A stretch of 64,000 nt of DNA. Source: Lingula anatina (taxonomy: Eukaryota; Animalia; Brachiopoda). Under the pieces are notes generated by a model. The model was not told the origin of the DNA. It was given only the letters and a program-made list of their open reading frames with translations, and did not search any database. The position numbers and the translations under genes were made by a program. Shown piece after piece: positions 42,648 through 57,600 of this stretch. Where the stretch lies: assembly GCA_051362555.1 (NCBI GenBank), contig CM120640.1, forward strand, positions 23,856,225 through 23,920,224, written 5' to 3'. How positions within the stretch are numbered: the stretch's first letter is position 1; every line of letters begins with the position of its first letter.

Positions 42648-45600
42648 ATGTTTGAAGGTGTTTTGGCAAGTGTCATCAACAGCTTCTTGGGAAAATACAT
42701 CAAGGACCTTGATGCCCAAAACCTTAAGTTGAGCATTTTCAGTGGTGAGTGGAGATTGTAGTTTCTTTGATGAATGTGTTTCTTAAGGGTGCAATAAATC
42801 ACCTTTAATATTTTGCATCGAGATAGTTGAAACTGAAACTGGATGTTTGAGGGTTTTTTTCGTGAATTCTTTGTAGAATTCCACAGTACTGATAAATTAG
42901 GCGTGTTAAAAGAAAAACTTAATGCTTTTTTGATATGCATTTAATTTATTTCAAATATTTTATAAAACGCACACACATGCACACACACAAACACACACAC
43001 ACACACACATATTGACTGTTATATTAATAAAAATATCTTAAGTACATATTCAATAATGTCTTGTAATGAATACTCAGTTTTATATTTCATTATATCATAC
43101 TCAGTCTAGTAATCGTTTCGCATTATTTATTTATTTATGTAGGTAATGTAGAGCTAACCAATCTCCAGCTGAAACCAGAGGCTTTGGTATGTAATAAGTT
43201 TTTTTTATGTCCCAAATGATCACCCTGAGTTGAAGAGCCTGTTATACTTTCCTTTATTACTTCCATAAATCAGGCCTACCCAACTACCAGACTTGGCACA
43301 TAAGGATCCTGAATTAACCGGTATATCGGACCACACTTCCCGTTTTCATGGCGTCCTTTGTGTGTCAGATCGCATTTCGGAGTATCATACCCCAGAACAA
43401 TTTTTGTAGGGCGACCGTGGGCTTATCCTTTCGGTGTTCTGACTGATACTCCAAAATGCGAACTGACACACACCTTGAAAACGGGTAGTGTGGTCCGGTA
43501 TACCAGTTAATTCAGGATCCTTATGTGCCAAGTCTGGTAGTTGGGTAGTCCTGATAAATTAACAGGGTGCAGATCGAGCACCTGCCAACATTGGCAATAA
43601 TTTTGCTTTGCTGAATACTCTGACAGGCCACTGGTATAGTGAGGCCCATTCGTTAGTTTATCATGTAATGCTCAATTTGGAAACTGTCCCAAAAAACTAC
43701 TCTTCACCCTGGTTATACTTTATTTGATTAGATCAGTGGCCAGTGAATGCTAGTCGTAAACGTGGGTTTCTAATAGACTCAGGGTAAAAATAAGAAAAGG
43801 CCAAATGGATATATTTATGGTTGTATTTATGTTTCTTATTGATTAGGCATTTACTCATAATGTGTCTTTAGTATGACTATTGAATACTATATTTTTAGGT
43901 ATATAGGGTTTCAGACTACAATATATATAAGTGATGCTCTATCACCAACCATTAATTTATTTATAAGGTAATATTTTAAATGGTGACAAAAAGCTGGATA
44001 GATGACAGTCACAACCAGCATTTAGAAACTCAAGGCAGATAAGGCGAAAAATAGAGTAATCAAATTTTATCTTAAATTTTCAGACATTTCATTATGAATT
44101 ATGCAAAGAAAAAAAAATAAATGCAGACAAGAGTTGTCCATAATGCACATCTTAGATAAGAATAGACTCCTGTGTGTATTTACTCAATTAAATTGTCCTG
44201 TGGAATGCAGTCGTGTGCACTTAGTGATAGTGCCTTTTTGTTGTAACAAATGGACTGATCAATGAAAGCCCTCCGAACACTGCTAAAAGGTTATATAGCA
44301 GATGATTGATTTGAAATTTTATCTATTAAGCATGAACTACCAGGCAGACAGGTACTAGTGCCCCTAAGATGTATAATGTGGCTTTTTGTGTTCTAAGATT
44401 GATGTCTATCTGTGTTAGACATATATATGTACAAAATATTGTAATATACCACATAAGGTCTATTTTTCCTATCTAGTAAGCCATGAGGGTTCTTTTAAAA
44501 GCTCCTTGATGTTGATATCTAGCTCGTTTGCTGTATTGAACTAAGATTGACATTTTCATCCATAATTTCTTCTCACTTTTGTGGGATGAAGTCTGTAGCT
44601 GATATGCTTAGATTAGTTCTTTTCTTATGCTTATTTTGGGTTTGTGGTTAAGGGTGGTTTTGTCTGATTATGGATGTTGTGGGAAGCTTCTTGATCTATA
44701 TGGCTGTTGGGTAGAAAGCACGCTCCTGCATGACTAAATGAAACTATTATATGTTATATGTATGTTCAGATACACGTAGCTGCCCTTTCACTTTTGTACA
44801 ATCTTTTGTATCACTGGGTTGATGGTTGAGCTAGTTATATTTGAGAAATTGTTGTTTCTATTATCTGCTTTACGGTGTTTTATTTAGATCTGTCACAGAA
44901 ATTTGTAAGGATAAACAGTATCTTTGATGAATTTTTCACTGTTTTGTAAAAAGAAAATGATTTTTATCTCAAATGGCATGGATAATATCAAAATTTTCAG
45001 ATTGATATAGAATTGTGCATTCAGTATATTCTGTCAATGCAGTGCTCTTTTGTGTTTAACTATTAATGATCTACATGTAGATTTGAGATTCACCAGAAAC
45101 AAAAACCCAGATGTAGCAGTATCAAATTTTCAGCCTATGACGAATAAAAGATATTCCTACATAACCAATATGCTTTATCTGTGTGATTATGTCTCATTTC
45201 CATCACAGCAATTGTTCAAAATCATAGTACATTATTATTGTCAAAATCATTGTTTCGTAGATCAAATACAAAAATGGTATTCAAACATTTTTTTTGAATG
45301 GATGCTATTTGTGTTGTTATGCTTCGTAATCACACATAAGCTGATGTGTTGTTAGAATATAATAACTATGATTGGCTTTTTTCAGCACCATGATGCATGA
45401 TTGTTGGCCTGAATAATGAACTATAATGATTGATTCAGAACTCATTACACCTGTTTGTTGTATTTATCAATACCTCGATGTATGGGCTTATTGCTAATAT
45501 GCCTGAAAATAGAGCATACTGTGAATTTTGCCAACTTAGAGATTTGTAAAAAAAAAAAAATGTAAATTGGGAATGATTTGACAGGAGACCAATTGACCTG

Positions 45601-48600
45601 TATTTATGAACTGTATATAATGATGCATTGAATTATATTTTTACAAAGAGATTAAGTTATGCTCAGTGTGAGGTAGCTAAGAAAATTGAAAAGTTCTTGC
45701 TACTTATTTGCTACTAGTGCAGCAAAAATAATTCAAAGATATTGTAATTGTATTATTTATCAGCATAAAGGCGTATAACAGATTGCTTCATTTTTAATTT
45801 CAGTATGAGTTAGAGTTACCTATAGAAGTTAAAGCAGGATTTGTTGGTGAGTTATTGTAATTACCTAAGCAGATAAATCAAGGGTTTGGTTTTGATTCAG
45901 ATTTGCTAAGTGATTAAACCTTTCCAGAGATTCTATAAAATGTCATTTTAAGACTACAAATGCTTAAAAAGAACTTATTATCATTTAGAATTTTGGTTAT
46001 TTAACACTGAATTGTCATAGAAATTGGCAAGTAACATATTAAAACTGATTTATAGGCACAGCAGGGAAATTCTTGGCAAGAAATTATCCATTTAAATGGA
46101 ATTTCCTCTTATTTTTGACACTTTTGTATTGATTCCCAACTTCACCTTTCAATTCATGGATTGCCAACTTTTGTCAGGAGGTTGCTCCAGTCATGATCTT
46201 ACATTTTTGATGTTTTTCTGCTACAAGAAAAAGATTTAATGTTTTAAAACACACCAAATTCATTCACACATATGGCAATGAAGAGGTATTTTTTCATCTA
46301 AAAAGAATTCCTCTTATGACTGAAAGCTGGAGAGTTTATACGTTGAATGTAGTTGGAAGTTTTAAATGCCATTCTGAACTTACATTTTTCACACAAGTAG
46401 TGTCTTGCAGATGATATTCATTTGTTATAGATAATTAAATCATAAAATCTCCATTTAGCAGCCAATTTATTGCCATAAAGACAAATCAGAATGCATTCTG
46501 GACAAGAGAAGTTAACCAACAATGCAGACATGCAGCTTTTTTTTTTTTTTGCTTTCACAGACAGGAAATGTTTTACATTGTCAGAAAAAAATAGAGAAAA
46601 TATTTTTACTATTAGTATTTATGTGAAGAAATACATCAATATTATCAAATTTTGCAATATTTGAGAAAAAGATGAAATTTGCCTATCAGAATATACACAG
46701 ACCCCATGTGAATGAACATGGATTGAGATAATAAACATAACATCATCAACAACATCAAAAATCATTTGGCTTTGAAATCTCTAAAACCCTATAGTATGGT
46801 AGAAGGGAATTCAGTTCCAGATTTGTTTTGCAAATATGTAATTTGATTATATCCCAAGCATTTGTGCTCATTTGAGACCATATCCAGTCATACCATAATG
46901 CACATGTCCCTTTTAAATTAAACAAATTAAGGGATCAGTTAAATGTCAATTCAATTAACAATATCTTTCAGACGTGAAATTACTGTATGATTTTCAAGAT
47001 AAGCTAGTCACTGATATTCCTTAAGCATTCATTAAGCATTTATTGGAATACTGTCTATATCTATTTTGGTTCTGAAGGTAATAGTTATATAGATTTCCAA
47101 ACAAGCCCATAACATTGACATATAGAAAAAACAGCAGACTAGCATAGGTGAGCATAATTCTTTGATTGATGCCCATAATATTAATGCAAATACTTGTCAA
47201 ATTTGAGGGCGATTTTGTAGAAGAGGTGTTCTGTTTCTTCAAGAAGTGATCGGTTTTATATGGTGTTTATAGCTATATAGCTTACATTGAAAAGATGCAG
47301 TGCACTCTGTGATAGTGTTTAATGATATCATTAGTTGGCCATGTCTTTCTTTCTTTTTTCATGAAAAAGAAATCAGTTATAAAAGATGCATATGCTGTTC
47401 ATTCTCTGTCACCTTGGATGTGCTTTTTGTAGATGCCTTTCTCTTTAAAGAAAACCTATCAATCTCATAAGCAAAGGTGTTTATTACCTCGTTTATTAAA
47501 AATATACTCCATCAACATACAGGTAAAATAATAGTTCTTCCACGAAGTGGTATTTTCTGTTTGTTCAGTATTTCATTTCCTGAGGTATCCATAACCATCT
47601 GTTGTAACAGATACATGTAGCCTTTGTGAACTTCCAGGTAAAATCACCCTGGTTATCCCATGGAGCAGTCTGTTCTCTCTCCCAGTCATTGCCAAGGTAG
47701 AAGATGTCTTTGTTCTGGCTGGTCCTGTGTGTGACAGAGGGTACGATGAGGACAGGGAAAAAGCTCTTCAGAATGCCATTAAGAGGAAAAAACTGGAGGA
47801 AATAGAAAGTGCTAGAAAGTCTGCATCTGCAAGTAAGAGTGAATACCCTCCTCCTCTCTTCCTGGAGATACACTGTGTTATCTAAGATAGTATTGTAGAT
47901 GGCTTGTGGTAGTTCTGTTAAAAATTCTGTTGAAAATTATGTTAAGGTTATAATGTACAGTGATTGATCCTGTTTTTTTTTTTTTAACTTAGGTTTTAGG
48001 ATGGAAGCTTAGTGTAATGTAATAGTTTCAATAAATTTGCAACCCAAATACAAATTTAAATTGAGTTCTTCAGTTACCTATTAAAAAAGATGATTATTTT
48101 TTGTTTTGCTTTTTTCCAGGTACATCAGCAAGTGATCAGACATTTTTTGAAAAATTGGCAGCAACAATCATCAATAACATTCAGGTATATGTGACAATAC
48201 ATACACATTTCCTTTAGAGTATAGCTGCTTGCATTAATGACTCTAGTAAAATTGCTCTCAGAAATAACTTGTACTTTGAGAATGGATAATATGGAGTTTA
48301 TACTTATTATGACAATAACATTGCCTTTGGTTAAAATTGTGTAAGAAGAACAAAATACTCAGTGTTAGCAATCAATAAGTTTTTGAAAATAGCTGGCACA
48401 GTGCCAACTTTAATTATACTAATCATATTGCATCCAAGTGTATTGCTATGAATCCTAAATGTTATCCCACTCAATCAGCATTGACTTTCTGTGGATTTTG
48501 ATAAATTAAAGGTCCATGTTGAGAACATCCATGTAAGATATGAAGACACGGTCACCAACCCTGATCACCCATTTGCATTTGGCATAACTCTAAGATATGT

Positions 48601-51600
48601 GTCTGCCGAGTCCACAGACGATAGATGGAAGCCCACTCAGATTGACGCTCAAGCTTCACTCATGCACAAGGTTTGATAATTAAGACAAATTGGTATTGAT
48701 CATTCTGAAAGATTTTTTCCTGTTGTGTGACTGTCTCCCTCCCCTCTGACAGTTTTTCTTAATGTCCATGATAACAGTTTTAATTGGGATTCACTTACAA
48801 TAAAGAAAATATTTTAATCAACTATCAAATAATATATTATGATAACATAATTGTATTATTTTTACAATGCTATTCTTAAATCTGACTTAATGGTTCAACT
48901 GATGTATTTGTGTTGATCATGTTTCCTTTCAAACTTTATAACATTCTTATTTTCATTCAGCTGGCATGGATGAAAGAATGTAACTGAATGGTTAAAAAGA
49001 TGTAAAAATTTGTGTTGATCGTGTTTCCTTTCAAACTTTATAATATTCTTATTTTCATTCAGCTGGCGTGGATGAAAGACCTCTCTATATACTGGAACCC
49101 ATATCTACCAGAGAGTAAACTGGTCAAGTCCAAGATATCAAGTGGTGTATGGAGGGTAAGCTAGTTAGGGGGTCAGTTTGGGTGATTTTCTGATATCAGT
49201 ATCTCATTTAATATTAGTATCTCTTTTGATTTTGTGATGGTATTACTGTAATTTCTTAATTTGTTTACATTGATATTTTGATTTTTCATCATTTATCATT
49301 TTAATCACTTGCTGCGGTGGAGCCAATTAACTTTTTATCGCTTTTGGATAGACATTTTAACCTATCTCTATAAAAACATGATTTTGGAAAAACACAGTAA
49401 CAAATTTAATGAGTAATTGCCATGCATTAAGTTAAAAAAAAGCAAGAGTATAGACATTTGGTTGTTAGTTACATGAAGATTTTGTTTAAAATTAGCTCAC
49501 CTTTCCTACAGCGATAAAATTATTTTTCTCCTAGATTTGGTTTGTAAGTACTGCAGCAGTGATAGGTAGCAAACCATTCCCATGTTTGGACACTTATAAT
49601 AAGCAGTTTCCTATTTTTAGCTCTTAATTTTTAATACACATTTTTTAATGTAATGCACCAAATAAGAATAAGTTAATGTTATTAGACTCATTATAGTTCT
49701 CTAGGATATTAAAAATATTGATGTTGGTTTATTTTTTCAGAATCTCATGAAAAATGCAATTAGCACTCACAGGATTTATGGAGAGGAATTTGATGACAGT
49801 GAGTTTGAGTACAGTGAGTTGGACCTTTTTTGGTGATCTTTCTTTTTCTGATTTGATATTCTGTAATTTTACCCTCAGCTGTATTCTATTCTTTTCAAAT
49901 ATTCTTTTTAAACATTGTTGAGAAAATTCAATTCTTTTGCCATGTCATGGGAAATGGTTTGTGTTTAACTTGAAATAAGAATACTTCTTTAATTTTATAC
50001 CTATATGTTTCTATACATTATTTGTCACTTTTTGTGAAGTTTGTGTACTTAATACATTATAGATTAATGCCAATTTTGAACTTACCCCAAACCTGTCCTC
50101 TTTCTTTTTTTCATCTCCTTTATCAGAGTTTTTTGGAACCATAGTAACTAACATCATCTATTTTTGTTTCCTCAGCTGATATCCCCCAATCACTATTTTT
50201 CTGTTGTTATTTTTTGATAAGCATTTTAAACATAAATTTAATTTGTGGTTGAAAAAAAAACTGTATTTATTTGTTATTTAAAATGATGCAATGACAATAA
50301 ATTTTTGTGATTGACCCACCAGTAATGTACATTTAAAAATTCATTTCATAACTTAATACCCATGTTTTGTATGGATGTCATATAAAAGCCATGTCAAAAG
50401 ATATACTTTTTATTCCCTAGTCATGCAGCCTATGTCAGCAGAACTGAGGGCTGTTATCAACAAGGCAGATACCATAGCTATGCCAAGACTGCTGGTTGAC
50501 TTGCTGCTGGGAAAAATTGATGTTGACATAACAAGACAGCAGGTAGAGTATATATGTCACCATCTTGACTCAAATGTGCTGTTTAGGGTGCATTCCCAAT
50601 GACGGTATCATTCTACATTGATTGATCCAAATCCACGAAGACTTTTGCTTGATTTCTGGAAGCTTTTTCATTTCATTTTGAGCGCAACTGAACAGATAGG
50701 AAAGTTAATCACCCCTTAGCTGCTGGAGGCAGTATGTTAGCCGGTAATCTGATTGCATTCAGCAAGAGCCCCTGAGGAGTTGGAATGATCTGCATTATGC
50801 CATAGTTTCATTGGGAAAGCATTCTTTAATTACTGTTGCAGGGTTTGAAGCTGCATAATTTATGAATTGACTTTTAGTTAAAAGTAAGAATGTAGGACAT
50901 CGTTTTGATATGCCACATAATTACTGGATTAAGTTTGAAAATGCATTCATGACACATTAAAACTCATTCCACCAGAAAAGGAAAAACCTATCACATTAAA
51001 AGCTGAATAGTAGGAGGTGCTGATTTTGCTTCTTGCATAATAATAGATATTCAATCATATGCTTAAAATGCCCCAGATATGCTTAAGCACCCCGCACACG
51101 GTGAGCAATTGGCGCGTGCCACTTGCGCTGAGCCAGATGCTCGCGCTCCTCAGCTCCCCGCAAACGATGCGCTCTTTGCTCAGCAGAGGTGCCTCCCGGC
51201 CTGCCCCTATCGGACGCACCACGAACTGTGGGATAATGTGATTAAGGAAACATTACATATTTATTTTTTTTCTGAAAGTAATGGCAAATGGTGACCACGT
51301 TAATCAATCAGACTAACTATAACTGTGTACATTTTTGTTTACTTCACTGGGGGCTGCCATTTTTCTTTGTTTCCGGCTACCGGCACATGCGCATTGTTGG
51401 CATGGTGTGAGCAATCGGCGCTTGCACCCCGCACACGCTGAGACATTTGCCTCAAGAGACCAAAAATATCAAACACGTGAGATATTTTGCTCAGCCGCGC
51501 GAGAGGCAAAATTCTCACCAAAATACCCCCGCACACGATGAGAAAACGGCGCAGCGCAAGTGGTGCGCGCCGAATGCTCACCGTGTGCGGGCCCCTATAT

Positions 51601-54600
51601 ATAGATGTACATGTATATGTGCTGGCCACACTGCAGATTGGCTCATGGACTCACCACTCTTACTCTCCAGTTTCTAAATGTCCTGAGCCTGGCAGACTCC
51701 TTCAAACTGATGGCTCTCAACCAGAGATACAGAAAGTACAGACCCTCTGCTTCTCTGAAAGGGAATATTAGGAAATGGTGGAAGTATGCTTACACTTCGG
51801 TGGTGGAAGAGTACATAAGACCATTCTCATGGGAGAGAATAAAAAGACACAGGTACAGGGTAGAGATGGAATTTTCACTTAAATTCTGAAGTAGATGTTC
51901 CAAATTTAAATGAAGATACTACCACATTAAGACCTTATTTGTCCTATCTTTTTCATTCAAACTTTGTCATTACTATCAATCATGCTTAATGACAATTGAT
52001 CTGCTTTTAGCTTGCCATTTTGTGTTTTATTTACCTAATGTTATAGTTTTCTAAATGCTTGTTTTATAAACCATGAATAAAAGCTGAGACAATATATCCA
52101 TTATTCTGGTAAAAGTGTCAATTTATTGTTTGAGTAATGTGTTATAAAAGGATTAAGTGGCAGGCATTTGGGAGATGTGCTTTGAGAAGTAATTATTGAC
52201 CAAGATAAATTGATTGTCTCTGAGAGTTACACTAAATTCAGGCAGATGAGTAAAATGGGTATTGTTGATATCTTCCCCCAGGGAGCAGTACAGAGACTAC
52301 AAAGCTCTGTTCAAGAAGAAGCTGGAAAATCCAGAGTCTGAGGAAATATTGCCAAGGCTAGAAAGAATGGAAGCAGATATGAGTGTTGCTAATATCCTTC
52401 TGGCCAGGGAGAATGCCAAGTTAGAGGTAGGGAAAAAGCATAACCTCATTACACATACAGGTATACATGAAGTTCATTTTTTTATATGCAGGGGATGGCA
52501 CTGTGTACCCTCTTGCCTTTATTGCAGAAGGATATTTTAAAGAGTGAAATGTGTTTGAAAACTACTTGAAAGTGAACACAATTGAATGTGATATGTGCAA
52601 CCAAATTTTATGATTTACCAGTGTCAGTACAGGTGATGTGTGTAGTTCATTATTCATTACATTATCTCCTCTTTACTTTCTGCTGAACAGTTTATTCAGG
52701 AAGCCCCCGATAGAGCAAGAAAGAGAGAGAAGGAGAAGGGATATTTTGGATCCTTCTGGGATTGGTGGAGTTCTAGTGGAGATAGTGAAGATGAATTAGA
52801 GATCATTACTGATGAAAAAGGTACAAATTCTTATTCTTGTATGTTCTTAACTTTTTTATAATACTACAAGAGGTAAAATGTATGTAGGATAGAAGATAAT
52901 TTTATATTTTGGAACCTAGCATGTATCAACATGTTGAATATGTATAAACTTGTGTCTGTTTCTTGGTATTCTCTTATCTATTTGAATTATCACTAGTGAC
53001 TCGAAACTTTACTGTTATTTACCAGTTCCTTTGTTTTTGTAGATGTGTGGTCAAAACTGAGTCCTGAAGAAAAGGAAGAACTGTACAAAGGAATAGGATA
53101 TAACCCTGCAAAGCCAGCTGCAGTCCCAATACCTCCTCAGGTAGATATATTTTTAATCTGAGTACTCTCATAACTATTTTAATAACTGTACTTCCATGAT
53201 TGGAATCCTGTCAGAAAATGTTAATGCTATGTGTTGTAAAGAGTTGATGATGAGTTCCTAAAATGTTTAGGTTATTGGAGTACATTGTGTTAAAAAGTCA
53301 AATATAATGTACTCTAGAACTATCAGTCATTTAGTGGTCAGCAGTTTTGTATTTCCATTACTTTCCAGTACTGCATATGTTTTGCACAGCTTTAATCCTG
53401 TTATTTTTATTTTTAGTCCTGTTATAATGTGTCATAACTATTTTATAAACCATTCTTCCATGATTGGAATCCTGTCAGAGGTTAATGCTCTGTGTTGTAA
53501 ATAATGATGAGTTCAAAAAACATTTACATTATTGGATTACATTTTATTAAAAAATCAATTAGGGCATTCCAGAAATATCAGTCAATCAATTATGATCATC
53601 AGTTAGGTATTTCCAATGTGATGAATATTTTCAGTATGTAGCCCATAAGGTGAACTTGCACTTGAAGAGCTCCACATTGTCCCTGGCAAACTATGGCAAA
53701 GACGTACTCAAAGTTGCTGTTGGTAGTTTGACGGGGAGTTTTGAGAACAGACCAGAATATGAAGCTTTTAGGTACATTTTCGCCATTTTGGATACTTCAT
53801 ATTAAATTGAAGTTGAAATGAATCATTTTTATGTTTAATGTTGTCCAGCTTAAAGGTAGTTATGCATTTTGTTTGTTTTTGGATAGAGTTTTTGCTTCAA
53901 GTTTTTCTCTTATTTAAACACTTACTGACATGGTGGAATTTCTGTCTGCTTGTATTGTATTTCTTTTATGCTTGACTACTGTAGTTGAATGCTTCCTCTC
54001 AGTTTTTTTTAACAGCCATTCTTTTTAACTTTTTTGTATTTTTTTCCTTTTAATCTTCTTTTAATCTGATGCTTTCAGGTTCTCGCTAGAAATTTGTGAT
54101 GCATGCGACAGGTTTAGATATCAATTAGTTATCTTTATGAAGGGGCTTAAACGCATTTGCCTTACATAATCTTGTGAAAAACAGCACCAGCAATGTTAAA
54201 TGAATGGACAATTACACAGCATGAGAAATTATCCACATGTCAGAATTATAATCTTAGCAATGTTTATTTCAATATGGTAAAGTGGATTAATCTTTTTTAC
54301 TCACACTTTATAAAACACTTGAAAGCACTTACCCAAAATGAATAATTATATTATCCATAGATCAATGACATTATTATAATTCATAGAGCTCAATCGGATT
54401 CAATACATGTAGATAATTTCAATAATTGATGCTTGAGTTTAGAAACTCTTAGATTAAAAGCAATCACCACAAATCCTGTTAATTAATTTGCAGAACTTGA
54501 AAAATATCCTGTGTTGTGCTTGCTTTATACCTGTGGAGCAGTAATGTGTTAGGGCTTTGATTGTTTTAAAAACACATTGTTGGGTTAGCACCTTGATTGA

Positions 54601-57600
54601 TAAATACTTTGTTGGTTTAGGATTAAGACCATTATTGTTAAAAACAGTGTTGTTTTAGGACCTTGATTGTTGAAAACATTGTTGGGTAAGAATCATGATT
54701 GTTAAGTATAATAGTATAGTAGGGTAATGACCTTTATTTAAAATAATTTTAAATATAAGTCTTTAAGATCATTTAGTTGGTTTATTTCCTGAATGAAATT
54801 CACAATACAATGATACATTTCTTACTACTTTGTCAAATAATTTTCAAATTGCTTGGATAATTTTTTTTCTGAAGGCTCTTCTTAAATGCTTCTAAAGGTT
54901 TATTGCTCATTTAGTATTTAGGCTGTCTTGTTAATGCTTTTGTTTATTGAAAATACATTTAAATTCTCTCATGTAGATCTCATGTAATTTGTGTTTTCTT
55001 TGTGTTGTAAATAGGTCAGAATTTAAGCTTTATTTCTGAAAGGTATAGATCTCCTTAATTCCGTCTATTTAATATTGTTATCAATATTTAGGGTGTCAAT
55101 GAAGACCAAAACATTCAAAATAGAAGGGGCCTCTGTGGAGCATGAGCTGGTCCCTCTGGTGACTTCAGATGTAGGAGTTTTTGGTGAGTTCAGTACACAA
55201 GTACTCTTTTATTGTTAAAAGAAGATACCTTCATATCAAAGATGTATTGCAGAATTGCAATTTCTTTTCTAAAAGTATTCACAGATTTGAGGCACACACA
55301 GATTTGAGAGTGCTCACATGTACCTGAATTGTTTACAAATTTGCAAAGTTCAACAGCAGGTTATTCTACAATTTAGTCAGTTTGTTGCATACATCTTGAT
55401 AAGTTTTATCTTATTATTTGTACAACCATTTGTGATACAAATGATGTGTCCATTCCAGATGAAGCTCCATCCCAGAGGTTCCAAGTGTTTAGTTTGGACT
55501 TTGACTCCAATCCATATCATGTGAGGGCAGACTACGCACTGGCAGTCAATGTCCAGCCTGTTGAAGTTGTCTATGATGAGGTACAGTGGAACAGTAGTCA
55601 GAACTGAAATGACACCAGTCTTAGTTCTGTTTAGATACTGGAAACGTGCAGCTTTTAGTTACTGTTAAGAATATTGGTAAACATGTAGTAATACTATAAA
55701 CTAAAATTGGGTGGGTTAGGGTGTTTTTACACTTTTAATAATAATAATAATAATTTATTAAGCCAATAAGATACAAATGTGTAAAATCGGGAATCTTTTG
55801 CCCTGTGGTAGCGCCATTGAAATATAAAGAATGAAAATTAAAATTACATGTTAGAGTTAAAAATTATTATTGTATTGAATGATCAATGCAAAATAATACA
55901 AAAGATAATTTTTTAATTGTGCTATGTTGCTCATAATTTAAGCCAATTTTGTTAAAAATTACATCCATTTTTTGAAACTTTGTCTTCCAAATGATGTCCA
56001 TTGTGAAAAGCATACTGTTACAACGAGATTCTTGTTTGTCTCTCACAGCATGCCATATCAGAGGTTATCAGCTTCTTTGAGGCTCCAGTGGTCACTATGA
56101 ATAGGATGAGAGAGGCAGCTGGGGAGTACTTTGAACAGCTAGCAGTTTACAGCAGAGCAGGGCTACAATATGCCATTGAGAGACACAAGGTAAGGCATCC
56201 TGTGGAGATGCGACAAGAATTTCTTCCAGTTTTCAGGTGAATAATGTTGAAGCTTTGGGTATTGAAGCGTTTTACCTTGAATATAAGTTTCATATGAGGT
56301 TCATAACAAAAACAAAATGTTCAGTGTATGTTGTTGTTTATAGAGCTTGTAATGCAGCATTTACTGTATGAAATCCTCCAGTTGCGTTTACATTTCAGTA
56401 CATCTAATTTGTATGCATTCTGATTTTTCAGACAGTGCATGTATCTGCAGATATGAGGTCTCCATATGTGGTTATACCAGAGCATGGCACATTGCATAGG
56501 TAACTATGTCCTGTTAGCCTCCATATGTGTCTCAGCAAAGTATGTCATACTGCACTTACCAGTTTCTGAATTGCACATCAGCATTCATGCACAAATCCGA
56601 GCAAATGGGTTGAGTTTGTATCTGAGAATACTACTTTTTTAATTCAATTTTAATTATAAAGATTTGCTCTTTCTGTCCTTTTTTAATTCAAACTTTGACT
56701 CATGTTATGATCTTGATTGTCAAAATATATTCTTTCAGGCCAGGTAATGTTCTGGTGGTAGATCTTGGTACCCTGAAGATAGAGAGTGAACTGCAGCCGG
56801 AAGAAGTGAACCTGCAGGTATCTGCATTGAGAAATTGTTCAGAGCAAATTTAAGTTTTTTTAGTTTTGAATTTGATACTATACTTTTAATTTTTTGGATA
56901 ATAATATGTTTTAAGAATAAGTAATCTCCTGTCAGATTGGTGTTAATGTTGAACTTCAAATAATGCATTGATTGAATAATAAGAATAAATACATATTTTT
57001 ATCATATCTTTATTTCAGAATGTCAGTAGGACAGAGCTGGAAACCAGATTGTATGACAAGTTCAATATCAATATTGACAAAGTGAAAATCTTGCTGGCAG
57101 ATTCAGGTAGGAAATTGGGAAATTTTATTTTTCTTTTCTTTTTCTTTCCTGTATTAATTCTTTTTCTTTCCTTTATAATTAATGATATATTTTCTGATTT
57201 ATGTATGTCTGTGTTAATACATTGAATTTTGAATGAGATAAATGATTTTATTGTTTTGATTAAGTTTAAGATTTTATGTTAGAGTAATATTGTTTTTGTA
57301 GGAGATGACTGGCACACAGCACAGTCCAAGGAAGATTCTGATTTCCATATTTTACCAAGTATTGGACTTAACATGTCATTCTTCAACACAGTACAGCCAG
57401 ATTATCAGGAGTTACCAAGGTAACGAAGACAATAGAGATCCTTATGTCTTTGTATGTGAATGCATTTGATTAAAAAAAATCAAGATATATTTAAACAGAA
57501 TGTTAATATGTCTTGAAATGATATATGCTGTGAATTAGATTACAGCTCTAAATAAAGTTTTTCTTTCACTTTCCTTGCAAGGGTTTAAGGGATTATAATA

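Noticed and set aside
51059-51771. Cluster of overlapping 60-96 aa ORFs
   Set aside because: They arise from a GC-rich MITE that has few stop codons; there are no transposase motifs.
53165-53620. ~260-bp diverged tandem duplication in a VPS13 intron
   Set aside because: Real, but it contains no exon or evident signal; ordinary intron turnover.
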